Assembly: GCA_003971905.1 (NCBI GenBank)
Contig: RSEE01000107.1
Location: forward strand, 1-64,000
Direction: 5' to 3'
DNA length: 64,000 bases
From: Moniliella sp. 'wahieum'
Taxonomy: Eukaryota
Positions 13,317 to 25,897 of this stretch are shown in pieces. The notes below the pieces were generated by a model. It did not search any database. It was given only the letters and a program-made list of their open reading frames with translations, and was not told where the DNA came from. The first letter of the stretch is position 1. Each line of letters begins with the position of its first letter. The translations under genes were made by a program, and so were the position numbers.

Positions 13317-15315
13317 GGTGACAAGAGGCAGGCCGAAGCGAGGGTGGGCGTGGGGGGTAGGGGGGGGGGGGGGGTGGACGAGGAGAGGCAGGCGAGGGTG
13401 CTGTCTGGGGCCAAGCGCTAATCCAAGAAGAGACCGGCGGCCGTCTCAGCGGGCCGAACGCCGCTGGCCACACTGGCGCCGCGCCGTGGGGGGACGATCG
13501 GCCGGCGGGGGCCCGCACAGCCGCAATGCAGGTACCGGCCGTTGCTGGCCCCGTGCGTGCCTGTCCGCCATTGACATATTGACATGTGACAGGTGCTGCG
13601 GCGTGCTGCGGTGTGGTGCTGCGCGGTGCCGTACGACATGGCGTGCGGGCGGGGGTGGGGCGACAGACTGGGCACAGCGAACCAGTGCGTGTGCCTGCGT
13701 GAGCTCGCCCTCGAGGCACTCAACGGCTCAACGTCAACTTCAACGTGCGTCAACGTTCAACAAAGACGAACGGCCGAGCCACGCCAGGCTCCCGCCGTGT
13801 GCTGAGCTCTGGATGCGAAGGCACTAGGCAGCGCGCTGCAGTGCCCCGCCAGCGCCAGGACCACCCACTGGCCTTCCACGACGCAGCTTCGTTCCTGCCC
13901 CCAGCTGTTGCCCTGCCCCGCTGGCCCCACGCCTTACGGAGGCACGAGGGTGGCAGGCAGCCTGCCCAGTGCCGGCCCCCGGGCTTCCGCCCTGGGGCCT
14001 GGTGCGCCCTGGTGGGGCTGCCAGCGGCTGCTGGCCCCTGCCTGCCCATCCACAACCTCCATCCTCAAACCGCGATCATCGATCACCCACCTCTCACCCA
14101 TGCTCTACTCCGCACACAGCGATCCACTGCATTGCGGGCGGCTGGGCCCGTCCCCACAGGCCTGTGTCTGTCTCAGTCCCAGCAGATCCCGGCCGCGGCA
14201 CCGCCCCCCCGCCTGCACCCGCGCGCTCCTCAGCCGGAGCGCTCACCTCGCGTCTCAGATGCTTCGCATGCCGCACTAGCCCGCACCCGCGCTCACCTTT
14301 GGAACCGACCGTTTGACGTTTAACGTTTGACGTGCTTTAACGTTGTGCAAACTCGAATCTTCTCCTGCGCCCTATCACGCGTCACGGTGTCGTATGCCTG
14401 TCGTTAACACGTTCGGATCAGCGCAAGGAGCATCTCGAGTGGCTGCTCCAACCGCAAGATGGACTTGAAAGTTGTTTGCAGTCGGTCGTCGATGACGGTG
14501 AGCTGGAGGGGCAGCTTGAGTGTCCCTTCAAGAAAACAGAAGCAACACAGTTGCTAAGTATACACCCCAATAGTTCTTCCGTGCGTGTGATGGAGCCGCA
14601 ACGCGAGCGCGTGAGCGCGTTAGCAGGGATGAACGCGAACGAGATGATCTCTCGAAAGAACGATAATTCCGATAATTCTACGCCCACTGAGTATGAGTGT
14701 ACTGAGTACTGTAGTCTCAGTTCAGAGTCCACCTCACAACCTCATCACTGCGCCTCATCGCGTGGAGTGGGACAGGATCGATGTCAGCGATCTCATTAGC
14801 GTCGTGTTATGCGGTCAGATATGCACCTGAGTACACCGAGTGGTACACTGAAGAACGAACTGGGTGATGCGCGAGGATCCTTTGAACGTTTTGAACCAAC
14901 ACACCGGCACCTTCTAATTTCAATCCTACAAAAAGGAAGGGGGGGCAGGACTGAAATTAGTCAAACCTGAGGCCAGAGGTTGTATAGCTCAACCACAACT
15001 ACTTTGTCACAGGGCGCGCGGAGAGAAGAGGAGAGACGGATGCGCAGGTGGAATCGCGGGGTGGCACGTGACCTGCCGGGCGACATGCGATAGTCGATAG
15101 GCGACGCCGCCTGCCAGCGTGGCACGCAGACGCAATGAAATGTTGCATTTCCACCTGGTCCGGCCTGGGAGGGGGCAGTGTGACGTGGTGGCGGCGAGAT
15201 GCGGCGCACAGATCAAGGCCGCACCAGGGCAGTGTGGCTCCACCGTGGTTGCCGGGCCGGGCGCAGGCGCAAGAAGAACGGGCCAACGGGAGACGAACGC
15301 CTTCTTCTCACCACC

Positions 15316-17100
15316 ATGTCGACTCTGCCCACTGGTGCTGCTGGTGCTGCTGGTGCTGCTGGTGCCGATGGTGCGTCGGCCCCTGTGCCCCGCTCCCGGC
15401 CGCCCTGCCCACTTGCCCAGATCCTCGCGCAGGCCAACCCGTCGCTCAAGTTTGCGCCCGGAGGCAAAGTGCGCCTGACGGACTATGTACGTCCTCCTCC
15501 TCCTCCGCTGGTGCATCGGAGCTGCTGTAGCTGCCCGTGCCTGGTACACAACCTGACCACAGGGATGCTGACCACCTGGCCTATCCAGCCGACCATTGCC
15601 AATGCTCTTCTCCCGGCCGAGGGCAACGGCTACTTCTCCAACTACCAGTTGGCAGCCGTCATCCTCCTCGTCCCGGCTGTGCTGTTGCGTCTGCTGCCGT
15701 TTGTCAGTTTCTCCTCCGTCTCGTGGACTGGGTACTTCTTCCTTGTGGCCCTGACTGGGTGCCGTCCGCGATCGCTTACTGGACCATCATGAGCATCTAT
15801 GGCCCGCGAAGAACACCAAGGTTGATATGCTGGCCGTACGTGTAGTTCTCTGGTGACGATCGGGCGGCTGCCGTTGGAATTGTTTTCCCTCGTTTTCTGT
15901 TCTGACCATCTCCCAGGCCCGATTGAGGACTACATCACCATCCACGACCCTGCCCTCAAGGCCAAATACCATGGCCACAAGAAGATCCCGATGCAGACGT
16001 TCCACGATGCCTACTTTGAGGGCAAGATTGATGTCAACGGAGATATGCTCGAGGTATTGGAGTACCGGTGGGACTGGGCCGACATGCGGTTCACCTGGAC
16101 CATTTAAAGATGTGTTGTTCCGCTTTATCCCCGATGTGATTATGCATACCGAGAAGCAAGATGAGGAACAGGTGCGCGACCACTACGACCGAGGCGATGA
16201 CTTTTACTCCTGGTTCCTCGGCCCGCAGATGATCTACACCTCGGGCGTGTCTCGGACCCGACTAAGAAGGAGACGCTGGAAGAACTGCAGGACAACAAGT
16301 TGGCTCTCGTGTGCTCCAAGTTGGGCTTGACCAAGGACGACCGTGTGTTGGACATTGGCTGTGGCTGGGGCACCTTGTCGGCGTACGCGGCCAAGAACTT
16401 TGGGTGCGACGTGACGGGCGTGACGCTTTCCCGCAACCAGACTGCCTTTGGAAAACGAACGAATTGCGCTCAATGGGGTGGACCCGGCGCGCGCGCGCAT
16501 CTTGACCAAGGATTACCGTGAGATTGGCGTGGTCCCGGGCCATTACACCAAAATTGTGTCGTTGGAGATGGCGGAAACATGTGGGCATCCGTCACTACTC
16601 CAAGTTCCTTCGCAACGTTTACAACTTGTTGGACGACGATGGCACGCTTGTCTTCCAGGTCGCTGGGCTGCGGCCGCAGTGGCAGTACTGGGATTGATCT
16701 GGGGCATGTTTATGAACCGCTACATCTTCTGGTGCCGATGCCAGTTGCAACTTGGGCTGGGTGATCAACAGCTCGAAGACCTGGGTTCGAAGTGCGTTCG
16801 GCCGATGTGCGGGCGTGCACTACTGGCCACCATCTTGCGCTGGAGAGAACTGGAAGTCGAACGAGAGCAAGGTCAGGCCAAGTACGGTGAGAAGTGGTAC
16901 CGCATCTGGATCTTCTTCCTTGCCTCGGCCGTCATCATTGCTCGCGAAGGCGGTTCGTCCGTCTTCCAGATCACTTGCACTAAGAACAGAACCTCAATCC
17001 CCACCGCATCGAGGGCGTCTTTTCCCATGGCAACCTCCACCCCACCCCGCCGCGCACGTTTGAGAGCGTGTACGCCAATGGTCCCGCTGTCAAGGCGTAA
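15316..17100 (+). CDS. Sphingolipid C9-methyltransferase (cyclopropane-fatty-acyl-phospholipid synthase family), 2 introns
   Basis: Splicing intron 15487-15588 gives DYPTIANALLPAEGNG. Then a TM segment, KKIPMQTFHDAYFEGKID, QDEEQVRDHYDRGDDFYSWFLGP, SAM motif VLDIGCGWG, KIVSLEMAE and KYGEKWYRIW. Second intron at about 15836-15917; several frameshifts. Confidence 0.93.
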
Positions 17101-17459
17101 AATACGAATCTTGTCACTCTCGCCCTTGCTCCCCCCCTCCCCCTCCCCTCTCCTGCCCATCCTCTCTCCTTCCCCATTTTCAGTGTGCAGCGGCTATGAC
17201 CTAAAGGATACTCTCAAGAAAGTCAAGCTGGGTACCTTTGCTATGCTGCGCTCAACCTCGTCCAATGCATGCCGTTTGCGCTTGCGATCGCTGCTGGGTC
17301 CTCGCCCACTGTTAGATGTCCCAGCCCAGACACTGCAAGGTACAAAACACCATGACGTTAGCGTTTGAGAATCGTATGCAGTTGGTATATGTGGGGATGG
17401 AGTTGGATACAATTGGGGGAGGGGTGCGTTCCTTCTCCCAAGAGGTACTTGTGTACGCG

Positions 17460-19595
17460 TTACGCCTCTCCCCCCGGGTAATGGTGTTCCATGAAGAAGT
17501 TGCAGTACAGAGACAAGGTCCGTAGCTGCGTATCTTTCGCCACTTCGACCTGAAACGGGAGCATAGGGAACTCGTTCCCCATCATCGAGATAATCCACCC
17601 TTTTTTAGCGACCTGTGCCCGGCAGGAAGAGTGGGCGTGATACGGAGTGCTTCGATTTGCAGTAGGCCATGCTCTCGTCGTACACTTCTTCCCCCCTCTC
17701 TGCCCCTGGATGATCCGAAGCTTGCTCATTCGCCCCGCCTCATGCAACATCACTGCCACATCCAGCCAACTTGTCCCCAGCCACAGCAAACGGAAACTGC
17801 AGTAGATCCGTCCCACGTACGGCAACTTGCCCGCATACAAACTCGAGATGGGCTTGCCGCAACCGCGCCCAGCCGCCGCGGCGCCCTCTGCCGCAGCTTG
17901 AGGCGGACCTTGCAAGTACTTCTGCGACGGTGGCCAAGACGGATCAACCAGGTCGAGCGAAGGCAGGGCCTCGTCCCCAAGCCAATCCAGTACGGTGCCA
18001 TGAGCGAGCGTGAGCATGCTCTGTTTCGTAGACGGCATTGGGTCGGACGTACCCCTCCGTCGTTCCTTCTCGTTCTCCTCCTCCAACTCGGGCCAAGAGT
18101 GGTGCTGATGCACCGTGTCACGTTGGTGCGCCTCCACCCGTTTCCGCATCTCCGCCCGATTCACCGTCCCTTTCGGGCCGAGCTTCACGTCGACCGTGAC
18201 TGGAGTACGGACGTTGAAGAGCGTACCGTGCAGGTACCCATACACGAACCGCGTATCCCCCAGCAAACGAAGATGTTCCGTACCAATATCCAGGTCGGCC
18301 ATTAACCCAACGCTTGAGACAGAAAGGAATAGTACCGTACAAACCCCTTTTCTCATCCACCTCCACCCGCCTCGCTCCATTCACTCCTTGGGTTGACCGG
18401 ACCAGATCCAGCATCGACGTCAGATGCGGCGAGCTTGGGCGGCCAAAGCGGGTTGGGTAACGATGCAAATGTCCAAATCGAGCCAATGCCCTTGATTGCA
18501 TTGAGCGCCGCTTGGGCCAAGTTGAACCCTTGGGCCGGACCGAGCAGACTGACACTGCTCGCGTTCCCACTGCCCGTTGGAATAGCCACCACAGCAATAT
18601 CGTCCAACACTTGTGCCGCATCTTCCCGCGCTGCCAACCCATTCAAGATCTCGTGCATCATCCCGTCCCCCGACACACTCAAGATCGCATCGTACTTGCC
18701 CCAACCCAGGCTCAGACATGACAATTTCCATCCCGTCGTTCCGATGCGACGTGACCGTCGTGGTCAATTCGCACCCGGCCGCCTCAAGGATCGGACGCAC
18801 AGTTTGGTTCCATTCTTGCTCGCCTTGGCCCGTCCCCCTGCGGATTGACCAGCACACGCAAGCTCCGGTACGGCTGAATCGCTTAGCTCGTCACGGGCGA
18901 GACGTACGCGCGGGCAAACATGTAGCGGCAAACGTACGCGCTGCTTCGACCTCAGCCTCAACCTCGGCCTCGGACGTACCCACAGCCACGCGCGCTTCGA
19001 TCGTGTGCAAGTGCAGCTCAGCAAATGGACCCGTGAGCAGCTGGCGTACCCGCTCGTCTCCTGTCCAGAGCACGTGGGACGAATTGGAAGAGGGCAAAGA
19101 TACACCGGAAGGGGGATGAGAACCTAGTGTCTTGGTTTGCAACCAACTGAGGAACGCACTACTTTTGACGGGCGGAACCAACGTCCGAATCCTCAGTTTC
19201 CCCATCCGTCTTGTCCGTCTTGTCCACATTGTCCACATCCGTCTCCACCGACGCGTTGAGCACCAAAAAGTGCGGCACCGCGATCGTTACCTGGTCCAGC
19301 AACGATTCTACCAAGGCGAAATTAGGCTTGTACATGATCTTGGTAGCAATCGGGGAAGGAGGGGGGAGGGGGAGGGCGTACCGTTCCAGGTGAGCTCGGG
19401 AAGTAACGTTGACAGTGCCGGCAAAGAGGTAGAGCAGCTCGTCATCCAGCACCAGCTGAGCCGGCTTGCCATCTACCTGCACCTGGACCGAGCAAAGCGC
19501 TCTCAGTGGGTCCGCTGAGGCAGAGGAGGTGCATCTGGAGCTCCAGTGCCGCTCGCTTGGTTGAGAGAAGCTGGAGAGATAGCGTCGGCGGCCAT
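17460..19595 (-). CDS. Sphingoid long-chain-base (sphingosine) kinase, DAGK catalytic family, Lcb4/Lcb5-like
   Basis: Motifs SVSGDGMMHEILNGL, AIPTGSGNA, SVGLMADLDIGTEHLRLLGDTRF, LYAGKLPYV, DGERVPYAP and FQVEV, spread over frameshifted minus-strand ORFs. Confidence 0.92.
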
Positions 19596-21697
19596 ACGGG
19601 GCGGAGAGTCAGCGGTGAGGTGGAGGTACGGGAGGTACCTGGGGGATCTGCGGGGGCCGCAGGGTCGCAACCTACAGGACAGCCAGCCGACGACGGCTAA
19701 ACGTTCGTTGAACGTTGAACGTTGAACTGAACGTTGACGCAGACGATCGATCTCGATCATTATGCGTTAATGTCATGATGCATGAACATGGATGAACATG
19801 GATTACTGAACGATTGGTTGGACGTTGGTTGCGTTGAAGAGGGCAGATGACAGGGTCATTATATGTCACCGTGCCGGGGACACGTGACACGTGACATGTG
19901 ACATGTGACAGGCGAGGGAAAGAGTTGCGAAGAGGCGGCAGGCGCTGCGCATTTCGAGAATTTCCAACCGGTGTGGTCGATGATCGATGACTTTCATGAC
20001 GAGACTCTACTAGTGACTGCGCTGCCATGGCGAAGGCTTCGCGCTTAGCCTAAGCGCCTAAGCTTACAAGTCAAGCCTGATATTCGCTTGACAAGAGGGA
20101 CGAGGAGCTCAGCTGAGCTCAGCGCGGCTGAGGCTGAGCTCAGGCTGAGGCCCAGGCACGGCACGCTCAGGCGGGGCGGTGGAACCTCGCTTGTATATTC
20201 AGCTTGAGAACTTGTTGAGCACTTTTGAGCACGAGGGCTGGCCTCAGCGCCTCATCCGCGCTTCAGCGCCTCAGCAGAACCCGTGTAGTGTGGCGCGCCA
20301 TGCGCGTGATTCACGCTATGGTGGATGATATGGATGAGATCGCTAATCGATAATCGATAATCGATAACCCCGATTGAGCACTGGGCAGAAGCGAAGACGA
20401 GGTTCAACTTGAACGTTCAACGTTCAACGTTCAACTTGAACCGTTCAACGTTCGTAGTCGCACGAGGTCATCAGCCATCAGCCGCTGATGGCTCGCTGAT
20501 GGCTCAGCGAGGCCATCGAGTCCAGCCTTGTCCAGCGAGCCCAGAGGGCAGAGCGCCTGAGCGCTGAATATACGCCGCTCGCACCCTTCCGCACCCCTCA
20601 GGCCCCACGAAGCTTGAAGGGCATGTGGCACATGGGGCACTCGCACCAACGGCATACCATGCTCCTCCTGACTCCTCCGCCTTCGGCCGGCCTCATGACA
20701 AAGATGTTCATAACGTTTTCATATGGTCAAAGGCGAAAAAGGAACGAACGCAATGGTGCCACCACGTAAGGTCGGAGCTCAGCCAGGTTCTGCGTTTACG
20801 CGACAGCAACCAACGGTCCCCTGTTGCACGTTTTCTTTTGCGCAGCGCCCTCAGCCTTCAGCGCTTCAGCATCCCCTGGTTGACGGGCGCCATCAGCGAA
20901 AAAGAGCATCATACCACTGTTTTGAATCCCAGAATCAGTGTTGGAATAGCCCTTTGACCACTAAGTACTAATCATTAATCATCCTACCCTTGACCACACG
21001 ACTGTGAAAAAGGGATCTCGTTTGTGTTCGCACTAATATGCACTGCTTACTGGGCCGACTACAAGCAATCGCTTCCACAAAAGAATTTGTCAGGTTTGCG
21101 TTTTCACCGTTCATCCACAACAACCTTTCCATATTAGGTACGGCATTGAAAAGGGAGGTAACAAAGAGCCAAATCGGGATTCCATAGGGCGTACTATTGG
21201 CTATCTGAAAAGAGGTGGGGGCTGCATGTGAGCCTGTTTTAAGAGGTTTGATGTTCTAAGGCGTTGAGAATTGATGACATTGATAGGTTCATTGACATCG
21301 TTCATCGTTCATCGTTCATCGTTCTTGACGCTCGTCAGGTGGGCTTTTGGCAATTAAAAGGGCCACTAGGGCGGAGCTTACAGGATGCCTCATGAGATGT
21401 GTGGGTGTGGGCTCAGCGGAATCAGCGCTCAGAACGGAACAGAACATTCAAATGGTGGATGAATATTGAGTAGCACGGTGCAAAGGCCGACGGATATTGA
21501 AGCTTGAAGGGCTAAGAAAGTTAGAAGGAGGCCCAAGACACGGGATGGGGGATAATCGGAGCAATAAAAGAAAGTGGGGGCATCAGGAAAACATCGATCG
21601 TAAAGGATCGTAAAAGGTAGTGTCGAAGGAATAAATGCGAACGAAGGGCACAAGGGTCCCCTTATTTGGTGGAGGGAGAGAGTCACGAAAACACGTC

Positions 21698-23432
21698 TTA
21701 AGGGTTCTCTGTCGCGACCGACGAAGGCGCTTGGACCCTTTGGCTGGTGTGGGTCATGTCTTCCAGGGGGTAGGTCTGGACTGAGGGAGGTAGCGGTTTG
21801 CCATGGTCCTCTTCTGAACCTTCCAGTGCTGCTGTTTTTTCCACATCCACCGCCGGACGCGAATCGATCCGGCTAAGGCGATGTGAAGAATTAGCATTCT
21901 CCAGCGCCTCTTCAAAGTCGTACGCGGCTTCGCCACATTGGTCCACGTCCATGCCCACAATCTCGCCCAGCTCTGAAGGGCGGAAGGGGCCAATGAAGGG
22001 TGTGTGGTCAATCACAAAGAGCAGGAGGAAGGTAACGGCGCGTTCCAGCACACCGTCACTGCACACCAGGCCATCTGAAGCGGAAGCTGAACAAAGTGCC
22101 CGTCGAGCCAACCACCCTTGATCTCGAGGTAGCCATCGTTGTTGGCCACGCTCTTTTGGGCAAAAATCCAGTAAGAAGGAGACCAATGATGCCAGCCAAC
22201 GCATGCACGGCAAACACATCCATCGCATCGTCCACGCGTACCAGGTTCTTAAGCCCCGTGCACAAGTTGCAGCAAAACGCAGCCACAACTCCAATCAACA
22301 GCGCGGCTGGCATGCCCACAAAGCCCGCCGCAGGCGTGATGGCCACCAACCCAGCAATCGCACCTGTGCAAAATCCAACCACAGACCATTTGCGTTCCAA
22401 TCGGTAGTCCATCACCATCCACGTCAACCCAGCTACCGAGCCGGCCAGGTTGGTCGTCGCAATTGCCATCCCGGCACGCAAGTTGGCAGCAAACGTCGAA
22501 CCACCATTGAATCCCAGCCAGCCAACCCAGAGCAGAACAGTGCCAAGAATCACGTTGGAGACATTGTGTGGTTTGAACAGCAGCTTTTCCGTTCCGTAGC
22601 CGTACCGACGACCGAGGTAGATCGAGATGACTGTACCCGTGATACCACTGCTGATCTCAACCGGTCCACCTCCGGCGTAGTCGAGGATGCCCCACTTGAC
22701 CGCCCACCCGTTCGGATTCCAGATCCACACGGCGATGGGGTCGTAGACAAATGTAGTCCAAAAGAATGTGAAGATGAAGAACGGCCAGAGACGGGCGCGG
22801 TCGCATGCGGCCCCCAGCGCGATTGCTGGTACGAGACAGGCAAACATGAGCTGCAACATCACGTTAGCGCCATCCATGGAGAAGAAAAGGAGAGGCGCCG
22901 GCAGCGGCGGCGGTGGTGGAGAGAGGGGGAATGCGTACCTCGTACATGGAAAAGACAATATTGGGCAACTTGTTATTGGCTGCCGCGACTGGTTCTCCCA
23001 ACACATGCATAAACCCAAAGTTGGTCAACGTTCCCCAAAAGTTGGACGATTTGGAGGCAAAGACAAGAGAGTAACCCCCGAGGAACCACTGCAAACGACA
23101 CGATCGCCAGTGCCACAAATGTGATCATGAGAAGATGGAGCGCATTTTTGCGCCGGGCTAGACCCGAGTACAGGTAACCCAGCCCTGGGATCATGAGCCA
23201 CACCAGCGCGGTGCACGTCAGGATCCACGCAATGTCGCCGGGATTGTAGGCAGCAATCTGACCATCGCCGTAGGTGACAATCATGTCGGTTCCTTGAGCC
23301 GAGAGAAGACGGGATGTGTTGACCGTGCCATCGGGGGCATACAGCAGTCCGTAGCTGGAAACAAGCGGCCCAGTGTCAGTCCAGGGCTGGATGGGGTAAG
23401 AGGCAGTAGCAGACGTACGTGATGTTAACCAT
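21698..23432 (-). CDS. Ammonium transporter (Amt/Mep family), Glu-His (Mep1/Mep3-like) type, with introns
   Basis: Motifs YNPGDIAWILTCTALVWLMIPGLGYLYSGLARRKNAL, DYAGGGPVEISSG, FKPHNVSNVILGTVLLWVGWLGFNGGS, GAIAGLVAITPAAG, DDAMDVFAVHALAG and GMDVDQCGEAAYD. Start MVNIT at 23432 is followed by a GTACGT donor. Confidence 0.96.
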
Positions 23433-25897
23433 TTTGGTAGTGAGGAAGAGTAAGAGGGGTAGAGTTTAAGGGTCGACGAGGTAGCGAAAGCGAAAGCGAA
23501 ACGAACTGCGGCGGCAGCAACGACAGCGACGGCGGTAGCGGCAGCGTCAACGTGTTCTGCAGAGGTCGCTTGATGACGAAAAAAAGTGGTGCAGCAAGGG
23601 CGGGATGAAGGAGAGTGGGGGCGAGATGGGCGATGGCTTATGAGGCCGGAGGCCTGAGGAATGCTTAATGAGAAATGTTGAACGCGCGCCAATGGTTTCG
23701 CAGACAGGAGAGGAGTGGGTCTGGTGGCAAGCCTTTTGCGCCTACCAGAAGCCATCAACGTTTAACTAACCATGCGCTCCACTGGTCTCCAGCCAGAGAG
23801 GGAGGACAGGACCCTGCTCCGGGAGACGCCTTGAGGCGCAAAGCTTGAAGCTTGAACCTTAGTTTGACGCTGACGTGTGAATGTGACGCCGCCCGCCGCT
23901 GCCCTGGATGGTGTCCAGCCCACCGGATTTTTCTCTGCAGCTGTGGCCCCGTGGCGCGTGGCTGGCCCCTGGGCACCAGTGTGCGGGACACAGGGCTAGT
24001 GCTAATCCCTCGAGCTTTTTTCCGGTGGCTTCCTTAGGAATTCCCCGTGACTGCTCCGTGCGCAATGGAGGGCTTATCAGTTGGACAATCGGGACAATGC
24101 GCTGACGCCCAGATAGGAATCGGCCACTGGCGCACTGGCGCTGCTTTCGGAACCCGTTGGGCCCGCCGCTCTTCTCCACTTTTCACGTCAGTCGTACATA
24201 CTGGCGGCCGTTTCTAGGTACCACCCAGTACGCCCAAACGTAAGATCTAACAGCCCCTCAGGCTCCACCCACCACAAACGTTGCCTTGGCCGGAGAACTG
24301 ACACGTGACGCGTGACGTGAAATTGGAATACGTTCTTGTACTGCCCTGCCCCCTCTTTCCCCTCGACCTTCGCCTCACGCTAGCTTCACCCACATTCCCT
24401 CTTCTTCCCTCTCGTGTTCATCATGGCGCGCCCATGTTACCAAAGAGCCGCTGCAGGGTGTTGAACGTTGACACTTCGACAACGCCCGCCCGTGCCCAGC
24501 CAATCGGGGGCTATGCCAAGCTACGTCCCATGTCCACGCGTCGCGCCAACGGTCAACCAACTTAACCACTGTCCAGTTGAGGATGAGAGCTTGTTCTGCG
24601 CCGCCACTCTATTCTGGACAACTCGAGCTGGCGCGACCACATCTTTTTTTGGATAAGTCTTGGCGCAAGGGACCAGCGCCCTATCGCCACAGCAGCGCAC
24701 CAATCCTCTAGCGTACTAGCAAAACGCGACTAGCAACGCCGTGACCGCTCCTATTATCGGGTTACCGTTGGCAGGCGTCGGCGCGTATCTGAGATCTCCG
24801 CTCTCCACATCTCTCAGCCACGCCATCGATCAAAAGACTATTGATCGACTATGGACTATCGGGGATCCTGGTAAAGCTTGATAAGAAAAGGCTGGCGTGA
24901 TTATGGTTGCTACTCTGGCACTCGTACTCCGTACTGGTGTTACATGTTACTCCACTTGGCGGGCTTGAGCTGTGGGGATTCAATTAATACTCAGTACTCC
25001 AGTACTCACGTACTCACGGTTGATGATTCGCTGCAACGAGAGACATGATAGTATGGGCGGCTTACCAGGGCATACCGCCCCCTCCCCACACCTCTATCGC
25101 GTTCAACGTTCACCGGTTCACCGTAGAGCAGATGCCCCTGAGCGGGTTTGGCAGCCCCTGTAACACGTAACACAACGTAACATACATACCATGTCGCAAC
25201 ACGCCACGCCTAATCCAGTACAAAGCTAATAGCCAACCCGATGGATCGAGCGGACAATGCAGCATTATGCATTACGTGCATTACGAGGACGCGGAGATGC
25301 TGCAGATAGATAATAGTTGCTACTTCGGCCCCACACGGAACTAAAACTATAGTCATCTCGCTCTCGCAGAAGAAGCAAGCGTTATGCAGTCTACTGGTGT
25401 GAGACCTGAGATCCAGTACTCAATTGTTGTAGTCTGTTTCCCCCCGTAACATCTAACAGATCGGGGCAGAGAGGCACACCTGCTGAGACCTAGGGCGCAG
25501 TACACTGCAACGGAGGCACAGATACAAGGAAATCCGGACCTGTAGAGAGCTCTCGGTACAGTTCTACAATAGGGCCGAGGAGAAATCTCAGATTGAATAC
25601 TTGAGAGCTGCACATACACCAGTTGTCAAGTTGTCAGTTGATTCGGGTTTGGCTATATTATGCCTAAGGCTAAGTTCATGCAGGTTATGGGAAGACCATC
25701 TCAGCCACCCCCTATCTATATACTCCGCTACAGACAATGTGCCAACGACTCGTAGAATAGATGCATAGATCAATGAGAAGGCGAAACGGATGAGAGCAAA
25801 AGACTTAACTGGGCACGGCGAGAGAGACGAAGAGAATCAATGTCATAGAAGCCATAGGTGCGAGGGGGCGGGAACTCGTTTCGTTCGCTAGCGCAAC

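Noticed and set aside
11843..13827. Long antisense ORFs opposite real genes (also 5649-6461, 22203-23012, 26067-27032, 31212-32273)
   Set aside because: These are expected shadows of GC-rich codon usage and contain no domain motifs.
20280..20290. CCCGTGTAGTG as a CACTA transposon end
   Set aside because: No matching CACTACACGGG partner or target duplication was found.
5089..23432. TPS1, chitin deacetylase, C9-methyltransferase and ammonium transporter as a virulence cluster
   Set aside because: These are housekeeping genes of unrelated pathways, with no evidence of co-regulation or cluster boundaries.
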